Positions 21,079-31,883 of a stretch of 64,000 nucleotides of DNA are shown one piece after another. Location of the stretch: contig JAWBYA010000002.1 of NCBI GenBank assembly GCA_038867615.1, forward strand, positions 160,001 to 224,000, in the 5' to 3' direction. Position numbers and translations under genes: made by a program. Each line of letters begins with the position of its first letter. Position 1 is the stretch's first letter. The notes beneath the pieces are model-generated. The model was given only the letters and a program-made list of their open reading frames with translations, searched no databases and was not told the DNA's origin. This DNA is from Sulfolobales archaeon (GTDB lineage: Archaea; Thermoproteota; Thermoprotei_A; Sulfolobales; AG1).

Positions 21079-23412
21079 CTAGGTATATACCTTGCTAACA
21101 CCATTCTCGATAGCCACTCTTACTATCTTGTCAGCCTTCTCTATTATCTCTTCATCATGGGTTACCACTATAACTTGATCTAGGGAGCCTGCTATCTCTT
21201 TAATCATGTCGAACAACCTTGATTTGTTCTCCACATCGAGGTTCTGTGTAGGCTCATCGAGGATCATTATGCTTGGAAGCCTGCCTAGGAGTATTTTTGC
21301 GAGGGCTATTCTGAAGGCTATAGCCAGCATTGTTCTCTCACCCCCGCTCAGGCTATTTATACTCAGAGTCCCCCTAGAGCCTGTCTTTATATTTATGTTG
21401 AAATCGCTCTCTATCTCCACCATGAATTCTCTCGAGAAGGTCTCCAGAGATCTGTTAACCTCCTCCTCTAGAGCCTTGATAACCATCTGGGTGAGCATCT
21501 GAGCTATCAGCCCCTCGCCCCCGAGGATCTTTTTCTCAAGAACCCTGAGGATCTTTAGGGCATTCTCTATAGACGGCTTCTTCCTTATCTTCTCCTCTAT
21601 CGATGCTATCTCCTGCTCCCTCTCCCTTATACTCTTGTCAAGCATCTCTATATTGCCCCTTATAACACCTATCCTTGTTCTGAGCGCCTCTATCTCCCCT
21701 TGGATCTTATACCTCTCCCTTTCTAGAGAAGATTTCAGAGCGCTATAGCTAGTGCCCTCTCTAAGCCATTGATTGTTCTTAATAATCTCCTCAACCTCTC
21801 TCCTAAGGCTATCAAGCCTTGATGAATCGTAAAGGCTCTTCGCATCCCTCAGCCTCTTTTCAAGAACCTCTCTCCTCTCGATCAGTCTTCTTACTTCACC
21901 CTCGATCCCTTCTAGGAGTTCTTGGCATTCCGCATCTAGGCCCTCCTGATACCCGATATTCCTTAGCTTGTTGACCAGCGATACGCATATCTCTCTACCA
22001 TCGTTAGCGCATCTCTCGATCTCCTTAAGCTCTCTCAAACTATCTTCGAGCTTCTCTAGGTGGTTTTTAAGCTCTCTCAAACCAGTCTCGATCCTCGATC
22101 TAGCGGCTTTAGCCTTCTCAATACTACTCCTAACCCTTCTCTCCTCGGCCTCAAGCCTATCGATCTCGAGCTTGTGTTTCTCCGAGATATGGCCCAGAGT
22201 ATCGAGATCCAGGTCTCTTCCACAGAAGGGGCACTTATTACCCTCGGGTTTTATCTCGTGTAGCTTTCTATACATATCGAGCAGACCCCTGATCTCGCCG
22301 AGCCTTCTCGCCATAACTTCTATAAGCCCCTCAAGCCTAGCCAAGATCTCGTCGGGATTAAGACCAGGATCTATTCCAAGACCCTCGAGATCCCTCCTGA
22401 TATCCTCGGAATAGATCTCGTGTTTGATCCTATCTATAGATTCTTCGTAGAACTTGATCTTCTTCCTCAACTGCTCCTCCCTCTTAACACACTCATACGA
22501 TGATCTATAGGCTGTACCTAGCTTCCTAACAGCCTCTAAATCTAGTCCCGCGCTTTTTAGAAGACCTAGCCGGGCATCCACCTCCCTGATCTCGTTCTCA
22601 AGATCCTTAACATCCCTCTCAGCCCTTTCGAGAGCCTCTATCTCCCTAGAGATCTCCAGGATCCTTTCTAAAACGCCCAGTCTGGAAGCTATCTCATCCC
22701 TCCTGTTCTCGAGCTCCGAGACCTTCCTAACCTCTGTCTCGAGAACAGATGCGAGCCTCTGCCTCTCCTCCCTATCCCTTACAAGCGTCTCTCTAAGCCT
22801 CTTGAGGTTTGCTTCATAGCTGCTGAGCTCTCCAAGGATCCTCTCAGCCTTGTTAGCAGTCTCTCTGGCAAGATCCCTCGCCTCCTCGAGATCTTTAAGA
22901 CCGAGGAGACTCAGGATCTTTGACTTCCTCTCGCTGGGAGGCATTTCCAGGATCTGGCTGAGCATATCCTGTCTAGAGAAGATTGTTGACGTGAAGATCC
23001 TTGGATCCTCGGCACCGAGGATTTTGGAGATATATTTAGTAACATCAGAAACCCCCCTAGCCAGTATCCTCTCACCATCACCAATAACCTCTGAGAGTGT
23101 GTGGAGCAGGCTACCCCCATCAGCGTCATACTCCCTCCTAACCCTGTATAGCTTGCCACCAACCTCGAACTCGAGTATGATTATGGCTCCGCTGGCACCG
23201 ATCCTCACGACCCCCCTCTTACTCCTCCCAGTCCTAAGGATCTCATGGGACATCTGCGAGCCGCTGTCGAAAAGGGCTAGGAAGATCGCCTCTATTATTG
23301 AGCTCTTACCAGCACCGTTGGGACCCACTATTGCTGTGAGACCCCTATCAAAGCTTATCTCTGTTTTTCTATGTGAGAACAGGTTCTCCATATAGATCCT
23401 CTTTATAATCAT
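21079..23412 (-). CDS. rad50: DNA double-strand break repair ATPase Rad50
   Basis: GPNGAGKSS, Q-loop, coiled coil with CPFC hook, LSGGE, ILDEPT, VTHD. Confidence 0.95.
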   Translation of the reverse strand: MIIKRIYMENLFSHRKTEISFDRGLTAIVGPNGAGKSSIIEAIFLALFDSGSQMSHEILRTGRSKRGVVRIGASGAIIILEFEVGGKLYRVRREYDADGGSLLHTLSEVIGDGERILARGVSDVTKYISKILGAEDPRIFTSTIFSRQDMLSQILEMPPSERKSKILSLLGLKDLEEARDLARETANKAERILGELSSYEANLKRLRETLVRDREERQRLASVLETEVRKVSELENRRDEIASRLGVLERILEISREIEALERAERDVKDLENEIREVDARLGLLKSAGLDLEAVRKLGTAYRSSYECVKREEQLRKKIKFYEESIDRIKHEIYSEDIRRDLEGLGIDPGLNPDEILARLEGLIEVMARRLGEIRGLLDMYRKLHEIKPEGNKCPFCGRDLDLDTLGHISEKHKLEIDRLEAEERRVRSSIEKAKAARSRIETGLRELKNHLEKLEDSLRELKEIERCANDGREICVSLVNKLRNIGYQEGLDAECQELLEGIEGEVRRLIERREVLEKRLRDAKSLYDSSRLDSLRREVEEIIKNNQWLREGTSYSALKSSLERERYKIQGEIEALRTRIGVIRGNIEMLDKSIREREQEIASIEEKIRKKPSIENALKILRVLEKKILGGEGLIAQMLTQMVIKALEEEVNRSLETFSREFMVEIESDFNINIKTGSRGTLSINSLSGGERTMLAIAFRIALAKILLGRLPSIMILDEPTQNLDVENKSRLFDMIKEIAGSLDQVIVVTHDEEIIEKADKIVRVAIENGVSKVYT

Positions 23413-24662
23413 AGCCTCCCACCCAGGCTTCTAGAGACTCCTAGCTGTAGGTGTCTCCTTATCTCGGGCTCGTTGAGGATTTTGCTTGCAAGACCCTGTT
23501 CCACGAGTCTTGAGAGGATCTTGTCTGGATCTAGTTCTCCCCTAATGATCTCATCGACCATAAACCTCCTAACATCAGGATCTGAGAAGAGCTTCTCAAC
23601 AGCCTTCTCAATACTCAACTGGGTCTGAAGGATCTCTCTCCCACCAATCCCAAGACTCTCCCTAGTCTGTGGAACCTCTACCTCAGGCCCCTCATACCTC
23701 AGGATCTTCTTAGCCTCCACTAAGTTGTCAAGAACCCTGACTATATTGATCCTCTCGTTCCTGGATAGAGGGCTCTTGATCTTTAGAACCACTATGGGGG
23801 GTTTGGTGTATCTCTTCACAGCACTCTCGAGATCCGTTGATACTATTCTAATAGCCTCTTGGTAATCCCTAGCCTCTATATTTATCCACGGTCTCACCTT
23901 CTTCAATGGTATCTCCTTAACCTCCACTCGCACTCTATCGATCTCTGCTAGAAAGACTACTTTCCGCTCTTCATAGTCATCCCTAGATATTGCCTCAGGA
24001 GATCCTGGGTATATTATCGGAGAGCCTTCGTAGATGTTTCTCCAGCTTTTATGGAGATCTCCTAGAGCATAGTATGAGAAGCCTTTGGGAAGCCTCTGGA
24101 TCGTTGGTATGAAGTCCTTCTCAGATGAACATATGCTCTGATCTCTTCCATAACGCTGTGACCAGGCGTCGCATAGCCTTACATGGGCTAGGAGTATAGA
24201 TCCAGGCCTTGGCCTTGATCCCTCGCTGAGAAGATGATCCAACGCTTTATAGGAGTAACCATGGATCTCGACAACATCTCCAGATCTCCCAACAATCTTA
24301 TCGAAACCAGGCTCTTCGTGATCAGACAATACCTTAGCATATCCCAGCTTTCCAAGAAGCTCTAGAGGGCTATTCCTAGTAGGCTTAGCAGCGTCATGAT
24401 TACCAGCAACTATGTAGAATGCTATGCCAGCCTGCCTAAGCCTGTCTAGACCAGCTATAGCATATATATATGGCGTTGGGAAGAGCTCCGCGCTGTGGAA
24501 CATGTCGCCAGCATGTATAACAGCGTCTACTCTGTTCTCAATAGCTATGTCTATGATCTCGAGAAAGACATCGTATATATCCCTCTCCCTCTCAATAGAC
24601 CCCCTCGGCCTTGCACCGAGATGAGTGTCAGATATATGGAGGATCTTCAAAGAAGCCACCAA
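23409..24662 (-). CDS. mre11: Mre11 nuclease
   Basis: HISDTHLG, HAGD, GNHD, YPGSPE; operon context. Confidence 0.93.
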   Translation of the reverse strand: MVASLKILHISDTHLGARPRGSIERERDIYDVFLEIIDIAIENRVDAVIHAGDMFHSAELFPTPYIYAIAGLDRLRQAGIAFYIVAGNHDAAKPTRNSPLELLGKLGYAKVLSDHEEPGFDKIVGRSGDVVEIHGYSYKALDHLLSEGSRPRPGSILLAHVRLCDAWSQRYGRDQSICSSEKDFIPTIQRLPKGFSYYALGDLHKSWRNIYEGSPIIYPGSPEAISRDDYEERKVVFLAEIDRVRVEVKEIPLKKVRPWINIEARDYQEAIRIVSTDLESAVKRYTKPPIVVLKIKSPLSRNERINIVRVLDNLVEAKKILRYEGPEVEVPQTRESLGIGGREILQTQLSIEKAVEKLFSDPDVRRFMVDEIIRGELDPDKILSRLVEQGLASKILNEPEIRRHLQLGVSRSLGGRL

Positions 24663-24682
24663 TCACCCACATAATATTTAAG

Positions 24683-26317
24683 CTAGACATCTATTTTGAA
24701 TTTCTCCTCAATAACCCTCCCACGAGATCTAGATCCTGAGCTCCATATCCCATAGAGATCAGGCGTAGCCCCCCTCCTCTTACCCCTATGCTCATCTATA
24801 TCAACAAGAACAGGGAATCTACCGACCCACTCACCCATAACTATAGCCCTTCCCTTGGGAAGGCTTGGCAGTATGCCCGCCAAACTCTCCTCAAGGGAGT
24901 CTGCTATATTCATAACAGCCCTAACATCCTCCTCCTGGACAAGCTTCAAGAACACGAAGTTCTGTAGCTGTGAAGCCACATTAGGATCCAGGGATCTTGG
25001 TCTCTGGCTAACAATACCAAGCACACCGCCGAATTTCCTCCCCTCCCTAGCAAACCTCTGGAGGCTATCCTTAGCAGGTGTTGAGGCATTTACTGGCAGA
25101 AATAGGGGTGCTTCCTCAACTATGAATACAACGGGCATCTTTGATGCTCCTAGCCCAAACGACGCTCCTCCCTCTTTGAGGTATGCTAGGAGGTTATCTG
25201 CATATAGTCTCAGGATCCATGACTTCTCCTCATCGCTTAATTCCGAGACATTGATAACGATCACCTTGCCAGGTTCTATAAGATCAGTGATCCTTGGTGC
25301 TTCGAGATCTATTGGCGATGTTTCAAAGAACTCCTCAACCTTATCTACAGTGCTTTCCACTATTCTCTTCTCGTAGTTACGCTCTCTCGCCACGTTCTCT
25401 ATCTCTTTTAGGAGTAGCGCTAGATACTTATCCTTTACCTCGAGGGCTGCTTCCTCATCTTCGGCGTCTACAAGACCGTGGATCTTTCTCTCCTCATAAA
25501 GCCTCTCAACAGCTATCGAGAGACCTAACCCCTCTTTAGAGGTTTTCTCTTCTATAGCTTTATTGAGTCTTCTAAGCGCCCTCCTCAGAAGCCTTCTCTG
25601 CTTTGTCGCTGCAGCCTCTCTCACGATCATAGATGCAAGGATCTTTGGCGGGATTTTGTAAGGGCTGATAGTGGCTTCACGCTCCACAACCCTCGAGGAA
25701 TTCTTATCCTCTGGCTCAAGACCAACATACTCGCCATGGACATCGAATATTATTACAGGAGCACCGATCTGGGAGAGCCTGTCGGCTAGAATAGCTACGG
25801 TATTGCTCTTACCAGACCCCGTAGCTCCCGCTATTAGGAAGTGCCTCGATAGCTCGTTAACACTAACACCTATCTCTATCCCTCTATATTCGGAGAGGAA
25901 TCCTATTTTTATAAAGCCCTCGTGTGGTGATGTGTAGAGGATCCTTAGCGCCTCGGGCGGGGCTGGGTGTATAGGTGTTCCGGGGGGTATTGGGTATCTA
26001 GGGGTTTCGGGCTTCTTGTCCGTGATATCGGCTACCACGTAGACGAGGATCATTGATATGGATGGAACCCTGTAGTCGTGAGGTATATCCTCCCTAAGAT
26101 CTGTTAGGGCTGGCCTCTCCATTAATGGTGAGTAACTACTGTTCGAAACAATACCCACAACCTTTCTAGCAACACGGGATCCCGTGGCCCTATCAATCAC
26201 ACTGAATTCTGTATATACATAGGTTCCTAGTGGCGCTGGAGAGTCTGAGTAAACCCAGCAGAAAGAAGGAGAGTCGGATTTAAGAACCCTTCCGAGGATA
26301 GGAAGGCTCATGATCAC
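24683..26317 (-). CDS. herA: Bipolar helicase HerA
   Basis: HAS barrel, GATGSGKS, FDVHGEY, REGRKFG, SQRP. Confidence 0.95.
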   Translation of the reverse strand: MIMSLPILGRVLKSDSPSFCWVYSDSPAPLGTYVYTEFSVIDRATGSRVARKVVGIVSNSSYSPLMERPALTDLREDIPHDYRVPSISMILVYVVADITDKKPETPRYPIPPGTPIHPAPPEALRILYTSPHEGFIKIGFLSEYRGIEIGVSVNELSRHFLIAGATGSGKSNTVAILADRLSQIGAPVIIFDVHGEYVGLEPEDKNSSRVVEREATISPYKIPPKILASMIVREAAATKQRRLLRRALRRLNKAIEEKTSKEGLGLSIAVERLYEERKIHGLVDAEDEEAALEVKDKYLALLLKEIENVARERNYEKRIVESTVDKVEEFFETSPIDLEAPRITDLIEPGKVIVINVSELSDEEKSWILRLYADNLLAYLKEGGASFGLGASKMPVVFIVEEAPLFLPVNASTPAKDSLQRFAREGRKFGGVLGIVSQRPRSLDPNVASQLQNFVFLKLVQEEDVRAVMNIADSLEESLAGILPSLPKGRAIVMGEWVGRFPVLVDIDEHRGKRRGATPDLYGIWSSGSRSRGRVIEEKFKIDV

Positions 26318-27306
26318 ACCTCGCCCAAAACCTCCCTCCCGGTTTCAAGCAGAGCTCCATATGCGTTTAGGAGTTTGATAAACTCGCCCCTCTGGATCTT
26401 GCTGTGGAGATGACACTGTCTAAGAGGCTCGGGGTATCCGGGGATACTGTGGTATCTAAGCATCTCAAGGATCTCGGCTACCTGGTCTACATCAAGATCG
26501 CCTGGGATTGTTATCTGGTACGCTGGAGCCTCTCTGGATAAAACCGCATAGGTTAATGTATATGTGACACCCTCAACCTCGTTAGAGATCTTTATAGGCT
26601 CTATGAATCCCGGCCTGCCTCCAGAACCTTCGAGAACCTTGCCTATCAACGCATAGTCAGGAATCACTATCAGCCTCCCATTGAGCTTTGGTTCGAGGTA
26701 TTTATAGAGGACATGCCTAGAATGGGTCTTTGATATGAATACAAGCCTCGAGAATCTCTGGAGGATCTTTAAGGTCTCAACCCTCTCCTCCAAGCCCTTC
26801 CTCATATCTTCCGAGAAAGCCGTGCTTCCCCTAAACCTGCTGTAGAGAAAAGATCTCAGCGAGCCGTCGAAGAGAACAAGATCTGGAGGATCTTTTATCG
26901 AGTCTATAACGTGCTTGGCGGCCTTCACCTCGAGATCTTTGGCTATATGTGTAACAGCCTTCCTCCCAATCCCCAGAGAGATCTCTTTCACCTTGTTATC
27001 GGCATGAAGAACCAGGGGGCCTATGAGATCGAATTTAGCTAGATATTTAGAAAACCTTATAGTATCCTCGGCAACTCCCGTGAAGAGAGATGAGAAAGCC
27101 CTTATGCCATATATATATGCATATCTTGTAAGGATCCCTGTAAAAGAGGAGTCAGAGGCTACTGCTGTGCTTCTCCTAGTATTCTGGATCTCGATCCATT
27201 TGGGCTTGTTAGAGATCTCGATCCTCTTATAAAGCTCCATACCCTCAAGGATCTTGCTCCTCAGGCCACGCAGTTCAGCATCTATTATGCTTGATATCAT
27301 GAGCAT
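26314..27306 (-). CDS. nurA: NurA nuclease
   Basis: ASDSS, LFDGSL, ISKT, GYPEPL..CH, C-terminal GREVL. Confidence 0.9.
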   Translation of the reverse strand: MLMISSIIDAELRGLRSKILEGMELYKRIEISNKPKWIEIQNTRRSTAVASDSSFTGILTRYAYIYGIRAFSSLFTGVAEDTIRFSKYLAKFDLIGPLVLHADNKVKEISLGIGRKAVTHIAKDLEVKAAKHVIDSIKDPPDLVLFDGSLRSFLYSRFRGSTAFSEDMRKGLEERVETLKILQRFSRLVFISKTHSRHVLYKYLEPKLNGRLIVIPDYALIGKVLEGSGGRPGFIEPIKISNEVEGVTYTLTYAVLSREAPAYQITIPGDLDVDQVAEILEMLRYHSIPGYPEPLRQCHLHSKIQRGEFIKLLNAYGALLETGREVLGEV

Positions 27307-27581
27307 CCCTACCGATTCTTAGCATAAGAGAGAGAAAATATTGCTAAAAACACCATCTATAGATGTCGCGAGTGATACCCAGCGATAAAAAGCATGAAGA
27401 ATAATACCAAAGCCTTTGTTAATACAACTATAGCCTTACAGCCCATATAGCGATCCAAACATGTTTTAATGCTGACAAAGGGTTGTTTTAACACTAACTA
27501 CGCTGACGCGAATGCGACAAGCCCCAGGGTGGTGGTAAATATTTATGATTTGCACGGCTATATCACTGAGGTGCCTGGAGA

Positions 27582-29294
27582 TTGAGTATAGGGAAGCTGT
27601 TCTCAAGCATAACCATCGGTAATGTTAGGATCAGGAACAGGATAGCCATGGCCCCCATGATATCAAACCTAGCAGCTCCAGATGGCTATCCAAGCGATGC
27701 CCACATAGCCTATCTAGCTGAGAGGGCTAAGGGGGGTGTTGGTCTAATATTCACGGAATACACCTATGTTAATAGAATCGATGCCAGGGGTTCTCTAAAC
27801 CAGCTCGGCCTCTACTCAGACGAGCTTATACCGAAGTTCAGGAGACTCACCGAGGCTGTTAAAGCCCACGGTTCAAGGATCTTTGTCCAGCTAGTCCACG
27901 CTGGTAGAAAGACTAGGAGGAGCATCATATGGGGTAATACCCCTATAGCACCATCACCAATACCCCTGCTAGATGATGTTAGGGAGATGAGCCTAGAGGA
28001 TATAGCTAGGGTTAAGAGGGACTTTGCAGAGGCAGCCCTCAGGGCTGAGAGATCCGGGTTCGACGGGATAGAGATCCACGGCGCCCATGGATACCTCGTC
28101 GCCCAGTTCCTCTCACCAGCTACTAACAAGAGGAGCGATGCCTATAGAGATGGGGTCAGGTTTGTCGTCGAGCTTGTTGAGGAGATGAGGTCGAGGGTAT
28201 CGATACCAATAGGTATAAGGCTTAGTGTAACTGAGTTCGATCCACAGGGTCTTAATCCACAAATGGTTGCCGAGATAGTCTCTAGACTTGAGAAGGAAGC
28301 CGGCCTCGACTATATCAACCTCTCAGCCGGGAGGGATGGGCCTATAGCATCATCAATGCCATTCTATATGCCGAGAACACCGCTTATAGATGATGCCAAG
28401 ATCGTTAGGAGGGTTACAAAGCTACCCCTACTCCTAGTAGGCTCGGTAATAGATCCCGAAGACTCTCTCAGGATCCTCGAAGTAGCCGACATGGTTGTGC
28501 TTGGGAGACAGCTCCTAGCAGACCCGGCATGGCCTGTTAAAGCAGCCAGGGGGCTCCCAATAAGACCATGTATAAGGTGTAACCAGCTGTGCAGGGCTAT
28601 AACGCTGAGCGAGGTTAGATGTGATGTGAACCCGGAACTCGGCTGGGAAGCCTTCTCACACCTAGAGAGAAGCTCTGGAGAGGTTTCCGTAGTTGGGGGT
28701 GGTCTTATGGGGTTGGAGGCTGCTAGGATCCTTGCCCTAAGGGGTTTCGATGTCACGCTGTATGAGAAGAGCCATAGGCTTGGCGGGCAGCTCAACCTAT
28801 ATAGAGATCCCTATAAGGCTAGGGAGTTTGGACAGCTGGTTGACTATTATGAGAAGACTTTAAGAATGCTTGGCGTAAAGATCGTGCTCGGTGTTGAGAA
28901 GAGATGTGGCGAGGATGAAGACTGTATATATGCTGTACCCGAGGAGGAGCCCCCGAAGATGCCTGAGATCAAGGGTGGAAGGATCTTGATCGACAGCAAC
29001 CTCTACCCATACCACGACTACGCATTCGAGCTTGCCAAGTACAATGAGGTTTATATGACTAGGAGAAGCCTAAGGGATCTTGAGAGAAGCAGAGCTTTTC
29101 TAATGGAGAAAAAACTAGCAGAGCTGGGTGTTATATTTATCGAGGAATCTGGTGAAGGGTCTAAATACGATCTCATGATCAGTGAGTTTAGGAGGGAGCA
29201 GCCATCAATAGCCTCAGCGATAAGGAGAGGATATATTGCTGGGAAGTACTATGGATCTCTAAATAGGTTTGGAAAACATATCAAGAACCTATAA
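27582..29294 (+). CDS. NADH:flavin oxidoreductase (Old Yellow Enzyme / 2,4-dienoyl-CoA reductase-like)
   Basis: [25 protein letters not shown]...CDVNP Fe-S motif, VVGGG. Confidence 0.9.
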   Translation: MSIGKLFSSITIGNVRIRNRIAMAPMISNLAAPDGYPSDAHIAYLAERAKGGVGLIFTEYTYVNRIDARGSLNQLGLYSDELIPKFRRLTEAVKAHGSRIFVQLVHAGRKTRRSIIWGNTPIAPSPIPLLDDVREMSLEDIARVKRDFAEAALRAERSGFDGIEIHGAHGYLVAQFLSPATNKRSDAYRDGVRFVVELVEEMRSRVSIPIGIRLSVTEFDPQGLNPQMVAEIVSRLEKEAGLDYINLSAGRDGPIASSMPFYMPRTPLIDDAKIVRRVTKLPLLLVGSVIDPEDSLRILEVADMVVLGRQLLADPAWPVKAARGLPIRPCIRCNQLCRAITLSEVRCDVNPELGWEAFSHLERSSGEVSVVGGGLMGLEAARILALRGFDVTLYEKSHRLGGQLNLYRDPYKAREFGQLVDYYEKTLRMLGVKIVLGVEKRCGEDEDCIYAVPEEEPPKMPEIKGGRILIDSNLYPYHDYAFELAKYNEVYMTRRSLRDLERSRAFLMEKKLAELGVIFIEESGEGSKYDLMISEFRREQPSIASAIRRGYIAGKYYGSLNRFGKHIKNL

Positions 29295-29374
29295 AGAAAA
29301 CCAAGATGAGCTATAATTAATTGATACACAAAAAGTAGTTATACGATCCTGGATGGTTAGGATGCTCGAGCGCC

Positions 29375-30994
29375 CTACCCCTTTCTTCTAGCTATTATCA
29401 GGATCGTTGTTATTAGTGCGAGGACAGCTATGACCAGGGCTGCAACGATTAATGGGCTCTGGATGCTTTGAGCCCCGCTCTGTGCTGCTACCTGGCTCTG
29501 CTGTGCTTGGCTTATGGGTTGCTCGACTAGCTGTAGCTTGCTCTTTGGTACAACCACTATTTCTCCAGCCATGTATGGGTGTATGGAGCATAGGTAGCTA
29601 TAGAGGTCTGAGTTCTCTGTGACTATTGGGACGAAGTTCTTGTATGTCTGGAGCTGGGCTCCACCGATTCTATATACTCCTGCTTTTGTAAATGTGTATG
29701 ACCAGCTTCCGCCATGTTTTAGGAGAGGTGATTTGATCGTCTCGTTACCCATGCGTATAACCACGTCGTGAAGCCCTATAAGCTCTCCCCCTGCTCCTGG
29801 CAGGCTTATTATATCCTCATTGATCCATACTACGGTTGTGCCCTCTGGTATAACAAGTCTCTTTGGATAGTACGAATTACCTATTATCCTTACATATACA
29901 GTCCCCTCACCATATACTGGCGTATCTATCTCAGGAGATCCTAGGCCGAATGGGTCTATGATCCTCACGGGCTTCTCAGGTAGTGGTAGTTTGGGGCCTT
30001 GGGCATCCACAACGTCTGTTCTATTAGCATCCTTGCTAGCCTTAAGCAAGCCTATAGCTCCCCTCACGGGCTGGTTAAACACGTGAGTCACTATAGCGTA
30101 GGGTCCTTCTTCAGGAACCCTGAACTCGACAACCCATGAATCGCTAGGTCCTGCGAGTACCGTCTGGCCGCCGTATATTACGTTCAATGGATGCCCCTGG
30201 TAGTATGCGAAGTCCCATACTATGCCTACTAGATGGAATGTCGATACTAGGTTGGGTCCTACGTTTAGGAAGTATATCCTTACATAGTCTCCTGGTCTAG
30301 CCATTATCGGGTTGCTGAGATATCTCGCTATGTACCCGTTGAATAGAACGTATAGGGGCTTTGCTGTTACGAAGTCAGCACCGCTTCCATAGATCTCGTG
30401 CTGGATTAAATAGATCTCTATATCGGGCTTTCTACCAAGGATCTCTTCCAGCTTGTATTTATAGATCTTAGGCTTGACAACGATCATCCCATACTGGCCT
30501 GACATCGTGTGCACAAAGATCCCCTGACCCCCTGGGGCACAGTGATACATATAAACCCCGGGATAGCTCGCATTGAATATAATCCTCTTGGTAGCTCCAG
30601 GGGCTACGTTACCTATAAATGGCGATGTCGCCCTATAGATCGCATGCACCGAGAGACCGTGGGCCACATCATCCTTGTTAACAACAATAAGCTCAACAAT
30701 ATCCCCCTCCTCAACAACTATAGTAGGCCCTGGCACAGTACCATTTATTGTGAAGGTGTCGAGCACAACCCCATCGCCTATAACAACCTTAGTTCTGTAG
30801 AGCTCTATAACAAACCTCTTGTTAGGCTCGGTACCAGGTGGTACAAAGCTTGTTGGAGGCAGCTCATAACCAGGCTGGGAATCGCTTCTAAAAGCCTCTA
30901 TAGTGGGGCTCACTATCGATAGTACTATCAGTGATACCAATAGTGCTATAAAGCCTATCCAATTCCTACATATCATACCAATCCCCAGATCCAC
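29375..30994 (-). CDS. nirK: Copper-containing nitrite reductase-like multicopper protein with C-terminal cupredoxin and membrane anchor
   Basis: NGTVPGPTI, HGLSVH, YMYHC...HTMSGQYG, NVGPNLVSTFHLVG, YAIVTH; extra domain HDVV...YLCSIHPYM; N-terminal signal and C-terminal TM. Confidence 0.8.
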   Translation of the reverse strand: MDLGIGMICRNWIGFIALLVSLIVLSIVSPTIEAFRSDSQPGYELPPTSFVPPGTEPNKRFVIELYRTKVVIGDGVVLDTFTINGTVPGPTIVVEEGDIVELIVVNKDDVAHGLSVHAIYRATSPFIGNVAPGATKRIIFNASYPGVYMYHCAPGGQGIFVHTMSGQYGMIVVKPKIYKYKLEEILGRKPDIEIYLIQHEIYGSGADFVTAKPLYVLFNGYIARYLSNPIMARPGDYVRIYFLNVGPNLVSTFHLVGIVWDFAYYQGHPLNVIYGGQTVLAGPSDSWVVEFRVPEEGPYAIVTHVFNQPVRGAIGLLKASKDANRTDVVDAQGPKLPLPEKPVRIIDPFGLGSPEIDTPVYGEGTVYVRIIGNSYYPKRLVIPEGTTVVWINEDIISLPGAGGELIGLHDVVIRMGNETIKSPLLKHGGSWSYTFTKAGVYRIGGAQLQTYKNFVPIVTENSDLYSYLCSIHPYMAGEIVVVPKSKLQLVEQPISQAQQSQVAAQSGAQSIQSPLIVAALVIAVLALITTILIIARRKG

Positions 30995-31548
30995 GGCCAG
31001 TCAAAAAGCATATAGTGGTAACCTAACCTTTTAGTCTACATCTAATATTTACAGAATAGCTTTGTATAGACAATCATATATGGATCCTGTTATGTTTTAT
31101 CCAACTAAATATATCTCGATATGAATCTATATAACATAACCTCATTACAAGATATATCATCTCGCAGATCTGAGGAAACCAATCACCGCATTATTATTCT
31201 ATATAATGTCGTTTGGCATACTCCCCAGATCTCTGATAATGTGATCTATGAGAGGAAAATAATAAGAGCAACCCTAAGGCTTGTTACAATATACCCATGG
31301 ATCTTGAAGCAACGACCAGGGATCACCATGATAGGACTTGGAGGATTGCTGGGAGAGCTGTTAATACGGGACTTGGAGACCTGTTGAGAAGGGCTGCGAT
31401 GGATATAGCTTATCTTGATGATGCTAGAGGTTCCGAGAGATTTTCTAGCTGAGGATAGCATAATCATAGAACTAGAGCTCACGACCTCTGGAGATATGGT
31501 TGATCAGGACCTCGTGATAGGTGTTGGTAGGTATTATGACTGGCAGAT

Positions 31549-31720
31549 CCGTTTGTCCTCGGATGTTCGTTCCAATCACTCTATCTTTATTCATGGTCAT
31601 ATCCAGGGACTTCAACCTCGCCCACAGGATCTCCAACCCTGTAGTGTCGTGAGTAATCATCGATCCAAACGGCACACGACTCCCATCTAGGGCTTGTGTT
31701 GAGAGACACGCACCGGGAAC
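31549..31720 (-). ncRNA. Putative omega-RNA scaffold (orphan copy)
   Basis: Homologous to the tnpB 3' end; stems GTCCCTGGAT/ATCCGAGGAC and ACAGGG/TCCTGT; CCGTTTG complementary to the terminal CAAACGG. Confidence 0.6.
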
Positions 31721-31834
31721 AATCTATCTCAAAGCTAAAGCCTATAAATACCCCTAGGCATCTATGGCGAGGCAGCCCTCGGGCATGCCGTCCCCAAAAC
31801 CTATCAACCTCCATGTATATCAAAGAAAACAGCC
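31549..31834 (-). mobile_element. Non-autonomous mini-element of the tnpB element at 43164-44655 (left end + promoter + omega-RNA, no tnpB)
   Basis: Shares with the 43-44 kb element the GGCTGTTT left end, the second left repeat containing TTTATA, TGCCGTTTGG, CCTGTGGGCGAGGTTGAAGTCCCTGGATAT and the GGACAAACGG right end. Confidence 0.85.
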
Positions 31835-31883
31835 CATGTATAGGGGGTTGGTTCTAAAACCTTCTCCAGTCTCTCTAGGATTG

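Noticed and set aside
31415-31455. C/D box sRNA (TGATGA...CTGA)
   Set aside because: Too short for two guides and no convincing internal C' box.
31121-31548. Short ORFs between nirK and the mini-element
   Set aside because: Interrupted by stops with no recognisable family; possibly decayed coding DNA.
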